Source: Patescibacteria group bacterium
GTDB taxonomy: Bacteria; Patescibacteriota; Minisyncoccia; UBA6257; UBA9933
Assembly: GCA_038065035.1 (NCBI GenBank)
Contig: JBBTRV010000007.1
Span: forward strand, 2,382 to 66,381
DNA length: 64,000 bases
Reading direction: 5' to 3'
Below are positions 25,566 through 35,462 of the stretch, in pieces. The translations under genes and the position numbers were made by a program. How positions within the stretch are numbered: the stretch's first letter is position 1; every line of letters begins with the position of its first letter. The notes under the pieces are model-generated. The model saw only the letters and a program-made list of their open reading frames with translations, made no database searches and was not told the origin of the DNA.

Positions 25566-27374
25566 ATGAATCCATTATATCAAGATTTAAATAAAGAGCA
25601 AATGGAAGCTGTGGATTACTCAGGAGGCCCGATTTTGATTGTTGCCGGAGCGGGTTCGGGGAAAACAAGAGTTTTAACCAGCCGTTTGATGGCTATTTTA
25701 AGAGCCGGTGCGGCTCCGGATAGCGTTATTGCTATTACTTTTACAAATAAGGCGGCGGAAGAAATGAGGAATAGAATAACTAATGACTTACGACTAATGA
25801 CTAATAACACTAATTTTGTCACAAGTTATAAGTCATTTGTCATTAGTCCGTTTATCGGCACTTTCCATTCTTTTGGCGCGCGGATTTTGAAAAAAGAAGC
25901 GCGTTTAGTTGGTAGGGGCGCCAATTTTTCGATTTTTGACGAAGACGATGTGATGAAAGTTATAAAAAATATTGTTAAAAATTTTAATTTGCCGGCTGGC
26001 GGAAAAAATCTTTCACCAGTCGCTTTGCGCCGGGAATTTTCGCGCGTTAAAAATGAATTGGCGGATATTGAAGAAGAAAATAAAACAACAAAATATCTTT
26101 ACAAAGAATACGAGTCGGCATTAGTTGAAAATAACGCTTTTGATTTTGACGATTTGATAGAAAAACCAGCGAGATTATTTTTGGAAAACAAAAATATTCT
26201 TGAAAAGTATCAAAATCAATTTCAGCATATTTTAGTCGATGAATTTCAGGACACGAATATAGCGCAGTATTTTCTGATAAAACTTTTAGCGGAGAAGCAT
26301 AAAAATTTAAGTGTTGTCGGGGATGATCAACAATCTATATATAAATTCAGGGGGTCGGATTACCGGAATTTTTTGAATTTTGAAAATGATTGGCCGAAAA
26401 TAAAAGTCGTTTTGTTGGAGCAAAATTATCGTTCCAGCGGTAATATCATCGCCACCGCTTCGGCTTTGATAAAAAATAATAAATTCCAAAAACGAAAGAA
26501 TCTTTGGACGGAAAATTTGAAAGGAGAATTGGTGAAAATAATCGAATGCAAAAATGAAGACGAAGAAGGATTGTGGATAGCAGATAAAATCTCCAATAAT
26601 CCGCAACAATTAGTTGCTGTATTATATAGAACCAACGCTCAGTCGCGGGCGATTGAAAGCGCTTTGATTGATAAAGGAATCGCTTATCGGATTTTCGGCG
26701 GCATTAAATTTTACGAAAGAAAAGAAATAAAAGATATTTTGGCCGGCCTTCGCTGGGCCGCTAATCCTAATGACTCGGTGAGTTTGGAAAGATTAAAAAA
26801 AAATCTTTTGAAAGGACAATTTAAGGCTGTTTACGAGGGATTGTCAGGCTTGGCTGACAGGCTAAAGCCAACCGAGATGATTGATTTTTTCCTTGAAGCG
26901 ACTAATTATTTCACTCAATTAAAAAAAGAGTATCTGAATTATGAAGAGCGTTTTGAAAATATTCAGGAGCTGGTTCGTTTTGCTTCAAGTTTTGATAATT
27001 TAAGCGATTTTTTGGAAAGAGTGTCGCTTTTTCAATCAACGGATATTATAAATGATAAGTCAAAAGTCATAAGTCAAAAGTCAAATGTTTTTTTGATGAC
27101 CGTTCATTTGGCGAAGGGTTTGGAATTTGACGCAGTTTTTATCGCCGGTTGTAATGAAGGGTTGATGCCGCACCAGATGTCGTATTATAGAGACGAAGAA
27201 ATAGAAGAAGAAAGGCGTTTGATGTATGTGGCGATGACTAGAGCAAAAAAAGAATTATTTATCAGTTTTTATAATATGCCGTCAAGGTTTTTGTACGAAT
27301 TGCCGCCGGAACTCATTGAATTTACCGGCGAGCGGTCATTGGATGACGAAGAAAGATATATTAGCATTGATTAA
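25566..27374 (+). CDS. pcrA: ATP-dependent DNA helicase PcrA/UvrD
   Basis: motif I GAGSGKTRVL, Ia AITFTNKAAEEM, II VDEFQDTN, VI VAMTRAKKEL; start at MNPLYQDL. Confidence 0.9.
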   Translation: MNPLYQDLNKEQMEAVDYSGGPILIVAGAGSGKTRVLTSRLMAILRAGAAPDSVIAITFTNKAAEEMRNRITNDLRLMTNNTNFVTSYKSFVISPFIGTFHSFGARILKKEARLVGRGANFSIFDEDDVMKVIKNIVKNFNLPAGGKNLSPVALRREFSRVKNELADIEEENKTTKYLYKEYESALVENNAFDFDDLIEKPARLFLENKNILEKYQNQFQHILVDEFQDTNIAQYFLIKLLAEKHKNLSVVGDDQQSIYKFRGSDYRNFLNFENDWPKIKVVLLEQNYRSSGNIIATASALIKNNKFQKRKNLWTENLKGELVKIIECKNEDEEGLWIADKISNNPQQLVAVLYRTNAQSRAIESALIDKGIAYRIFGGIKFYERKEIKDILAGLRWAANPNDSVSLERLKKNLLKGQFKAVYEGLSGLADRLKPTEMIDFFLEATNYFTQLKKEYLNYEERFENIQELVRFASSFDNLSDFLERVSLFQSTDIINDKSKVISQKSNVFLMTVHLAKGLEFDAVFIAGCNEGLMPHQMSYYRDEEIEEERRLMYVAMTRAKKELFISFYNMPSRFLYELPPELIEFTGERSLDDEERYISID

Positions 27375-27400
27375 CAATTTAACAATTAAGTAATTAATTC

Positions 27401-28234
27401 ATGACTAAATTAGGACAGCATTTTTTAATAAATAAAAAAAAGATTCTAAAAATTGTTGAAACGCTGGAGTTAAAAGATGGCGACACGGTTATTGAAATCG
27501 GGCCAGGACACGGAGAGCTCACAACGGCGATTATCGAAAGATTAGAAGATTTAAAGATTGAAAGATTTAAAATTGTCATTGTTGAAAAAGATAGAGAATT
27601 AGTTCGGGCCTTGGAGCAGAAATTTAAAACTAAAAATAAATTAGAAATTTTAGAAGGCGATATTTTGAGAATTTTACCAGAAATAATTTTTCAATTTAGC
27701 AATCTTTCAATTAGCAATTATAAACTTGTTGGCAATATTCCTTATTATATAACAGGATACTTATTGAGAATCTTGGGAGAATTAAAGAATAAGTCTTTGT
27801 TAATTGTTTTACTAATTCAAAAAGAAGTGGCGGAAAGAGTTTGCGCGAAACCGTCAAAAATGAATTTGCTTGCCGCTAGCGTTCAATTTTGGGCGGAGCC
27901 GAAAATAATCGGCTATGTTTCCAAAAAAGATTTCCGGCCCCAGCCGAAAGTTGACAGCGCGATTATAAAGCTAAAAGTTAAAAGCGAGAAGTTAAAAATT
28001 AAGCCGGAAGATTATTATAAATTTATCAAGATTCTTTTTAAACAGCCGAGGAAAACTATTTTAAATAATTTAATGGCGGGAGTAAGGAATAAGAAATTGA
28101 AAATAAAGGATAAAAAAGGAATTATGGAAAAATTATCTAAAATCGGCATTAATCCGCAAGCCAGGCCGCAGGATTTGAGCTTGGAGGAAATTGTTAAGTT
28201 AACAGCGTTGTTTGAAGGCGAAAAAGTGATATAA
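27401..28234 (+). CDS. rsmA: 16S rRNA (adenine1518/1519-N6)-dimethyltransferase
   Basis: LGQHFLINKKKILKIV ... VIEIGPGHGELT SAM-binding motif. Confidence 0.9.
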   Translation: MTKLGQHFLINKKKILKIVETLELKDGDTVIEIGPGHGELTTAIIERLEDLKIERFKIVIVEKDRELVRALEQKFKTKNKLEILEGDILRILPEIIFQFSNLSISNYKLVGNIPYYITGYLLRILGELKNKSLLIVLLIQKEVAERVCAKPSKMNLLAASVQFWAEPKIIGYVSKKDFRPQPKVDSAIIKLKVKSEKLKIKPEDYYKFIKILFKQPRKTILNNLMAGVRNKKLKIKDKKGIMEKLSKIGINPQARPQDLSLEEIVKLTALFEGEKVI

Positions 28235-28251
28235 TAAAGGTAATTTAATCA

Positions 28252-29877
28252 ATGAATAATTATCTTTCCAATATCTTCAATAAGATAGAAAATTTAGATG
28301 TTTCCTTTAAATTGTTTTTAACGGCTTTTTTCAGCATTGTTTTTCTGCGCAGCATTCTGGAAGGTTTTTCAGACCCGGGTTTTCATGGCCCTTTTATGGG
28401 GTGGACAACTTTATTGCTGCATATGCCGATTTGGTTTGCATCAGTTTTTGTTTGGCTGTTGATATTATTAAAAGTTTTAACAAAATCTCCAATTGAAAAA
28501 CTAGCTAAAGTTCAGCTTTTATTTTTTCCTATTATTTTATTTCCGCCTTTGTTTGATTTAATCATTACTCGCGGCATCGGCAAATTTTTGTCTTATATTT
28601 TTGTCAGTAATATTGGGGAATTGGGAGAATATTTCATAAGGTTTTTTTTACAGCCGACAATTAGTTTGGGTATTCGGTTAGAAGCGGCAATTGTTTTTTT
28701 TGTATTTGGCCTTTACGTCTACTTCAAAATAAGAAAAACATCTATCGCGATTGTCGGCGTTTTTTTAACCTATGTTATTCTTTTTATTTTCGGCAGTTTT
28801 CCAAGTTTTCCGGCGATAATTTATTCATTGAGCGGCTTCGATATCAGTCCTATTATTTTTTATCAGATATTGGCCGCCAAAAGCCATAATATTCTAATTG
28901 CGCAGAATTATCTGTTTCCTCAGCAAAATTTTTCTGAAAAGTTTAGAGATTTTTTTAATTTAATTATTTCAGCTCAAATTTTTATCAGCTTGGCTGTCGG
29001 CCTGATAATGTTATTTTTTCTTTGGAATAAAGATAAATTTTTGGCATTTATAAAAAATATCAGACCATTAAGATTATCGCATTATTGGTTCATGTTTTTG
29101 ATCGGAATTATTATTGCTTATTCTCTTTTTGGTTTTTTACCGTCCTTTAATTTTTATAATTTATTGGCCTTAGTATTGATGCTAATTGTTATCGCCTTGC
29201 TTTGGCTGACGGCTGTTGGAGGAAATGATATTTATGATATTGAAGCGGATCGTCTTTCAAATCCCCAGCGTCCTTTGGTCTTAAATAAAATAACAATTTC
29301 AGAAGCAAAAAATTTCAATTTTATCCTTTTTTTATTATCTATTATCGGTGCTTTAATTATCGGCTATCAGTCATTCGTTTTAGTATTTTTCAGCCATATT
29401 GTCGCTTTTTTATATTCCTCGCCGCCGTTTAGATTAAAAAAAATTTTAATTTTAAATTCTTTTTTAATCGCTGTTGCCTCATTGGCTATGATATTGAACG
29501 GCTTTTTTTGGATTGTGCCGGAGTTAAAATTAACGCAGTTCCCTCTTAATTATCTTATTTTAGCGCTTCTTGGCGGGACTTTAGCTATTAATTTTAAGGA
29601 TATCAAAGACATTGAAGGCGATAAGAAAACAGGAGTTAAAACCTTGCCGGCAGTTCTAGGGATGGAAAAGGGAAAATTCATTATTGGAATCTTGTCTTTT
29701 ATTGCTTATCTTTTGGCGCCGGTTTTTTTGAAAGAAATCGGGCTATTATTATTGGCGGGAATCTTTGGAATAATATGTTTTATTTTTATCACTAAGAGCA
29801 GATTTAATGAAAAATTGGTATTTTTAACACATTTTATTTATATCTTTTCGATTATTATGTTTTATTGGCTAAAATGA
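28252..29877 (+). CDS. UbiA-superfamily prenyltransferase with ~270-aa N-terminal polytopic extension
   Basis: NDIYDIEADR and KDIKDIEGD Asp-rich motifs in the C-terminal half; many TM helices. Confidence 0.6.
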   Translation: MNNYLSNIFNKIENLDVSFKLFLTAFFSIVFLRSILEGFSDPGFHGPFMGWTTLLLHMPIWFASVFVWLLILLKVLTKSPIEKLAKVQLLFFPIILFPPLFDLIITRGIGKFLSYIFVSNIGELGEYFIRFFLQPTISLGIRLEAAIVFFVFGLYVYFKIRKTSIAIVGVFLTYVILFIFGSFPSFPAIIYSLSGFDISPIIFYQILAAKSHNILIAQNYLFPQQNFSEKFRDFFNLIISAQIFISLAVGLIMLFFLWNKDKFLAFIKNIRPLRLSHYWFMFLIGIIIAYSLFGFLPSFNFYNLLALVLMLIVIALLWLTAVGGNDIYDIEADRLSNPQRPLVLNKITISEAKNFNFILFLLSIIGALIIGYQSFVLVFFSHIVAFLYSSPPFRLKKILILNSFLIAVASLAMILNGFFWIVPELKLTQFPLNYLILALLGGTLAINFKDIKDIEGDKKTGVKTLPAVLGMEKGKFIIGILSFIAYLLAPVFLKEIGLLLLAGIFGIICFIFITKSRFNEKLVFLTHFIYIFSIIMFYWLK

Positions 29878-29951
29878 TGATTAAAACATAGACAAAGATA
29901 AGTTATTCACATTGTTTTCATCGGTGATATAAGTTATTCTTACTATTAGGA

Positions 29952-30803
29952 ATGAAATTTTTTAAAGTAGTGGCAACGATTCTAATTTTCAGCGGCGGAA
30001 TAGCCGGTACTTATTTAATTATTAAAAATTCTGATTCGGAAATCAGCAATATAGACTTAAGTTCATTGAAACAGTCAATAAAAGACTCAGTAAGCGATAA
30101 TCCCCTTGTGTGGCTAGACAATATTTCTGCAACAAGTTCTTTAAATGAAGCAATTTTCAATGAATCTCAAGAAAAATATAATGCAAATAGTCTTCAATCT
30201 TTTAATTTAACCAAAATAGCGTCTCAATCAATATTTAGCAAAGCGCAGGAAGCGAGTCAAAACGGGAATGATTCTGTTGCGTTGCTTACTCAGAATGATT
30301 TAGAAATTCAAGTGGCGATTCAGGAAACTCTTGATTCATTTACCGACCCATTATCAATTTTTTATGATCCTGTTTCTGAAAATAATTTAGCGATTATTGA
30401 TGATAATTCTTTGCAAGCCCAAATAAAATATTACGAAGATTATCAAGAGATTATAAAAAGAGCGTTTGACAATTTTAAAAAAGACAGCGGTGAAATTTTA
30501 CGCGATGTTTTTGAAAAAAAAGATTTTTCCTCCGCACAAAAGGCGATGGAAATTTATAAAACCTTAGCTGATAATTTTATTAAACTCATTGTTCCGTCAA
30601 GTTTGGTGGAATTTCATATAAAAAATATCCAACATTATCAAAATGCTTATTTAATTTACCGAGCAATTTCTCAATATTCTCAAGACCCTCTTAAAACTTA
30701 TTTAGCAGTTAAGGCTATTCCTCAGCTCTATGGTGAAACCGAAGAAATTCAAAATTTATTTAAAGAAATATTAGAAGAGCGGACAAAAGAATTTAATTTA
30801 TGA
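29952..30803 (+). CDS. hypothetical membrane-anchored secreted protein (first gene of the T4SS-like cluster)
   Basis: N-terminal TM anchor; no known domain. Confidence 0.4.
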   Translation: MKFFKVVATILIFSGGIAGTYLIIKNSDSEISNIDLSSLKQSIKDSVSDNPLVWLDNISATSSLNEAIFNESQEKYNANSLQSFNLTKIASQSIFSKAQEASQNGNDSVALLTQNDLEIQVAIQETLDSFTDPLSIFYDPVSENNLAIIDDNSLQAQIKYYEDYQEIIKRAFDNFKKDSGEILRDVFEKKDFSSAQKAMEIYKTLADNFIKLIVPSSLVEFHIKNIQHYQNAYLIYRAISQYSQDPLKTYLAVKAIPQLYGETEEIQNLFKEILEERTKEFNL

Positions 30804-32398
30804 AAAATTCAATAAACTACAAAAGAAAATTATTAATATTTTTTTTAGTTACTGTCTTTTTTTATGGTTTATCAGGATTTTTATATTATCCTGCTCAGGC
30901 GGGGATTGCTTCAGGTAGCATAATAAACGATCCTATACATACCGTTGAAACTCTTTTGCAATCGATTTGGGATAAATATATAGCAAACTGGGAATTTTGG
31001 AGGGATCAGGTAATAGATAGTATTGTGGCGCGGATTATTAATGATTTTAACGAAGAAACGGTTAAATGGGTTCAGGGAGTTGGTGATAAAAAAGGCCCTA
31101 AATACGTGACTGATTGGGAAGATTTTGTAAAACAAGCGGGAAAAACCGCTGAAGATCAGGTTATTCAAGATGTTGGTTTGGCGCGACTTTGCTCTCCGTT
31201 TAGTGTACCGGTTAATATTTCTCTTCTTCCGGTTCAAAGGTTTCAAGATAAAATTTCCTGCACTTTTAACGATATTGGCCAGAATCTTGAGGATTTTTAT
31301 GAAGATTTTCGAAACGGCGGTTGGTTGGGATATTCGGAGAGTTGGAAACCGGAAAATAACTACTTTGGACAGATGATAATGATTCATGATCAATTAGTAA
31401 TGGAAACCGCTAAAAAACAAGAAGCGGCTAGTAATGAAGCTTTGGCAAGTAGAGGATTTTTATCAGTGAAAAAATGTGTTGAACAGGGACCAATAGATCC
31501 AATTAAAAGGAATGAAATATTTGATAGTTGTTTTGCCGGTTACAATTATGATCCCGATAAAGCTAGTGATTGCGCGGACAAGGCCGATAAAGAAGCGGCT
31601 ATTTGTGAAAAAGAAGAAATCATCACTCCGGGAGATGTCGTGGCTGAAGCTATGGGCGATGTGGTTCGGTCTGATAGAGAGCGCGTTTATAATAGCCGTT
31701 CTGAAAAAGCTTTATATAATTTAATTGCAAATATTACTAATGCCGCTATTAATCGGGTAGTGAAAGATGGAATTGGTTATGTAAAAGAACAGATGAGCGA
31801 TGATGAGAAAAAACAAGCTGATCAGGATTATAAAGATATGATTGATAGGGATAATATTAGAAAGAAAAAAGAAATGATAACTGAAATTAACAAATTAGTT
31901 ACAGAATGGCAATATATTCTTGGAAGAAAAGATCGGTCGCCTACTAATTCTTCTCTTTCTTATTCGCAACAAACTCTTGCCGCTTTACAGGAAATTCAAA
32001 GACGCAATAAATTGGCCAGCCAGTCGCAACCTCCTTCTTTATTGCCTTCTTGTAATCCGCCGGTTTCAGATAGCGATATAGCTCAAATTCAGGCAGAGGT
32101 TAACCGGTTAGATGCCGAAGTCAGCGATTTGGAAACAAAAATTAAAGAAGCCAATGATTTGATTACGGAAATCAATAATGTTGATTTAAATAACATCCGG
32201 GCAAATTCTTTAGTGCAGGATAAATATTTCCAATTTACGCAGAAATACAGCAATGATGAAACAATAAGCGGAATGGTTACCGGTTCAAACAGGAAGGCGG
32301 CTGATAGCGAGCGCAATGATAAGCGAACAGAATTTAACGGCGCGCAAACAAGATTAAATACTTGTATTCAAATCCAATCGATGAATTCAGCCCCATAA
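30800..32398 (+). CDS. hypothetical secreted Cys-containing protein with C-terminal coiled coil
   Basis: signal peptide ending AQA; start overlaps the previous stop (ATGA). Confidence 0.4.
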   Translation: MKNSINYKRKLLIFFLVTVFFYGLSGFLYYPAQAGIASGSIINDPIHTVETLLQSIWDKYIANWEFWRDQVIDSIVARIINDFNEETVKWVQGVGDKKGPKYVTDWEDFVKQAGKTAEDQVIQDVGLARLCSPFSVPVNISLLPVQRFQDKISCTFNDIGQNLEDFYEDFRNGGWLGYSESWKPENNYFGQMIMIHDQLVMETAKKQEAASNEALASRGFLSVKKCVEQGPIDPIKRNEIFDSCFAGYNYDPDKASDCADKADKEAAICEKEEIITPGDVVAEAMGDVVRSDRERVYNSRSEKALYNLIANITNAAINRVVKDGIGYVKEQMSDDEKKQADQDYKDMIDRDNIRKKKEMITEINKLVTEWQYILGRKDRSPTNSSLSYSQQTLAALQEIQRRNKLASQSQPPSLLPSCNPPVSDSDIAQIQAEVNRLDAEVSDLETKIKEANDLITEINNVDLNNIRANSLVQDKYFQFTQKYSNDETISGMVTGSNRKAADSERNDKRTEFNGAQTRLNTCIQIQSMNSAP

Positions 32399-32404
32399 AA
32401 CATT

Positions 32405-33871
32405 ATGAAATCTTTTGGAACTAAAAAAATATTTTTAATAATTCTGCTGATAATAGCAATATTGGGCTTTGGTGGAGTTAAAACAACCCATGCTTTTTTT
32501 GATGTTTCATTAGCTGATCTTGTGTCTAGTGTTGTTACGTTTCCTGTTCAGGTTATAGCTTATATTTTCGGCTATATTGCTAAAATTTTATTTACTCTTG
32601 GTGGTTTGCTTATAGAATTAGGCTTGAACGTTAATGAGCATTTATTAGATGATGCTTCGCCGGTAAAATATGGCTGGAATATTGTTTTGCAATTTACGAA
32701 TCTTGGCTTTGTTCTGGCGATTATTGTCATTGCTTTCGCCACGATTTTAAGAATGGAAAGTTATGGGATGAAAAAAATTCTTTGGAAACTTGTTGTGGCC
32801 GCCTTACTGGTGAATTTCAGCTTAGTAATTGCCGGAGGATTTCTTAATATTTCTCAAATTTTAACAGATTATTTTTTGTCTAAAGCTACATTAGAAGGTC
32901 AGGGATTTTCTTCTTTTTCGGAAAATTTTGCCGCTATGTTCAAAATTCAAGCTTTTTTTAAAGTCGCAAGCGTAACAGAAGGCTTTGATGATAGTGTATT
33001 ATCAGGAGCTGCAGCGATTGGAAATACATTTGGCGCGGGAGTTTTAACGAATATAGCTTCACTTGCCTTATTGACTTCTTTTACTTTGATCGGCGCGCTT
33101 GTTTTATTAGCGGTGGCTATAATGCTTTTGATTCGTTACGTGTATATGGCTATTTTGTTGATTGTATTGCCGGCAGTATGGTTAGCCTGGATTTTTCCAA
33201 ATACTGATAAACATTGGAAAGAATGGTGGGATAAATTTATTAGATGGACATTTTTTCCGCCAATAATGCTTTTTTTCTTATATTTGGATGTTTATATAAT
33301 GGAAACCCAAAAGGAATATGTAAAAGGCATTGTTGCGGGCGTTAATCCTGCGGCAAAGAGCAGTCTTGGCCTTACTTTTGGCTTTGATGCGATTGGAAAT
33401 CTAATTATTATTTTTGGTTTAGTTATAGGAGGACTTTTAGTGGCTAATAAATTAAGCATTATTGGAGCAAAAGAATTTTATGGTGCGGCGCAGGGAGCGA
33501 ATAAAAGCCTTGCTCATTGGACAGGGAGACTTCCATTAAGGGTTGGATCTAGAGGGCTAAAGAAAATTGATGAAAAATGGGGAGAGAAAATAAAAACGAA
33601 AGGAGAAGAATGGTCTCAAAAAAGTAAGTATGATCCTAGAAGATGGTTTGCTGGCGGAATTAAAGAAGCTAGTAAAGGCATAAAAAGGGGAGCTGTTTAT
33701 AAACCACCAAAAGAATACGCTACTTTTTGGGGTAGTACTTGGGGTGGTATGAAAAAGGGATCGGGGTTATTCAAGAAAAAGAAACAGCAATTTAAGGTGA
33801 TGACTGATAAAGGCGAAACAACTCTTGAGGGAGAAGCGGTTGAAGAAAATAAAGAAGAAAAGAAAGCATAA
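32405..33871 (+). CDS. polytopic membrane protein, VirB6/TrbL/PrgH-like candidate
   Basis: signal peptide, then at least 6 TM helices and a Lys-rich C-terminal tail; position in cluster. Confidence 0.45.
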   Translation: MKSFGTKKIFLIILLIIAILGFGGVKTTHAFFDVSLADLVSSVVTFPVQVIAYIFGYIAKILFTLGGLLIELGLNVNEHLLDDASPVKYGWNIVLQFTNLGFVLAIIVIAFATILRMESYGMKKILWKLVVAALLVNFSLVIAGGFLNISQILTDYFLSKATLEGQGFSSFSENFAAMFKIQAFFKVASVTEGFDDSVLSGAAAIGNTFGAGVLTNIASLALLTSFTLIGALVLLAVAIMLLIRYVYMAILLIVLPAVWLAWIFPNTDKHWKEWWDKFIRWTFFPPIMLFFLYLDVYIMETQKEYVKGIVAGVNPAAKSSLGLTFGFDAIGNLIIIFGLVIGGLLVANKLSIIGAKEFYGAAQGANKSLAHWTGRLPLRVGSRGLKKIDEKWGEKIKTKGEEWSQKSKYDPRRWFAGGIKEASKGIKRGAVYKPPKEYATFWGSTWGGMKKGSGLFKKKKQQFKVMTDKGETTLEGEAVEENKEEKKA

Positions 33872-33886
33872 AAATCAATAAATAAA

Positions 33887-35458
33887 ATGGATTATTCATT
33901 AATTACTGAACAACAAGCGCAAAAAAAATATAATTCTTTGCCTGATAAAATTAGGAATGTTTTAGATTCAGAAAATAGCGTTATGACGGTGGGCCAGATA
34001 TGTCGGAAGCATCATTTAGATGATGAAAGAATATTGATAGTTAATCAGTTAGTAGCGCTGATTTTATTAGGTTTTGTTTCGCCAAATGATTTTAGTCAGG
34101 AGATTATGGATAATACTCATTTGAATTATCAGCATTCTGATGATATTGCAAAAGAGATTTATGAGAAAATTTTCGCGCCGATTAGAAGCGAGATTGATAA
34201 AATTTATTCGCCAGTTCCACCTATTGCATCTTTGGTAAAAAAAGAAATGCCGGCCGCGGAGATCAAGGAAAAAGAGATTTTGAAAATAACCGAAGATAAG
34301 GAAGAACACCTCATTGATTTGCGGACTTTTGAGAAGAATATTAATCAACAACTAATAACTGACAACCAACAACAAATAATTTCAAAAGTTGAGAAACCGC
34401 CTGAAATCAAAAAAGAACTACCACAAGTTCCTTTACCAAGTAAAGAGAATACTGAAGCCACTCTGCTTACTAAATCTTTAGTAGAGGCAGGTCCAATGAT
34501 TCTTCATAAAGAAATTGAGACTAAGCCGACTTTGGGCAAGCAAAGGTCTTTAGGCGGATTATTCGGATTTTTGAGAGCGCAGAGATTAGGAGAAGCGAAA
34601 ATTGATAAGCAAAAGCCAGTAACAGCAGAAGTGGAAATTCCTATTTTAGAGTTGCCGAAGCCCTTCGACATTGCTCGGGGCAAGCCGTCTGTGGTGAGCA
34701 AAGTCGAACTACCGAAAGTGGTTCATTATAGCGATTTGAAAACGTCGGTTATTAAACCTATAACCGATAACTTACAACCGACAACAATTAAAATATCGGA
34801 AGTGTCGTTACCACTAGCGCCAAAACCTTTTGACATGACTCAGCGGGAGAAACTAGAAAGTAAAAGCAAGATTTTTGAATCAGAAATAGAAAAAGCCAAA
34901 GCAGCCGGATTGATTATTAATAATCAATCTCGAATAGCAGTCCCGCAAAGCGGGACGCTACGGGGTACACAGCCGCCGATAAGCGACCAGCAATTCAATA
35001 TTGAAGAAATACCGGTTGAGATTGAAGAAATTCCAAGAAAAAGTTTTTTCAGCAAAATTCTTCAGTTTTTCACTGGTTTGTTTGTGACGAAGAAAAAAAT
35101 TATTAAAGAAGTGCCAGAGCAAAAAGAAAACTTGATTTCTAAACTTGCGCAAGAAAGAAGTAGGGGGGAAATTTCTATGCCTTTGCCGCCGACGCCGCCA
35201 GCAGCCAAGGCCGAATCACCAAAGAGAGGATTTGAATTTCCGCTGGAATTTAAGCTGCCGGAGCTCAAGAAAAATAATCAATTACCGGCAGTCAATAATC
35301 AACAGCCAATAACTGATAATTTACAATTAAAAGAGCTTGAACCGCCGGAGGTTCACGAGGCGAGAGAAAAACAGCAGCCAATAATGGCAAAACCAGAAGA
35401 ATCTAAAGCGAGCGATGAAGAAATTATTGATTTAAGGACATTTCAAAAAATAAAATAA
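33887..35458 (+). CDS. low-complexity Pro/Lys/Glu-rich protein with internal repeats
   Basis: repeated LPKPFD and IIDLRTF(E/Q)K motifs; no TM. Confidence 0.4.
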   Translation: MDYSLITEQQAQKKYNSLPDKIRNVLDSENSVMTVGQICRKHHLDDERILIVNQLVALILLGFVSPNDFSQEIMDNTHLNYQHSDDIAKEIYEKIFAPIRSEIDKIYSPVPPIASLVKKEMPAAEIKEKEILKITEDKEEHLIDLRTFEKNINQQLITDNQQQIISKVEKPPEIKKELPQVPLPSKENTEATLLTKSLVEAGPMILHKEIETKPTLGKQRSLGGLFGFLRAQRLGEAKIDKQKPVTAEVEIPILELPKPFDIARGKPSVVSKVELPKVVHYSDLKTSVIKPITDNLQPTTIKISEVSLPLAPKPFDMTQREKLESKSKIFESEIEKAKAAGLIINNQSRIAVPQSGTLRGTQPPISDQQFNIEEIPVEIEEIPRKSFFSKILQFFTGLFVTKKKIIKEVPEQKENLISKLAQERSRGEISMPLPPTPPAAKAESPKRGFEFPLEFKLPELKKNNQLPAVNNQQPITDNLQLKELEPPEVHEAREKQQPIMAKPEESKASDEEIIDLRTFQKIK

Positions 35459-35462
35459 TGCG

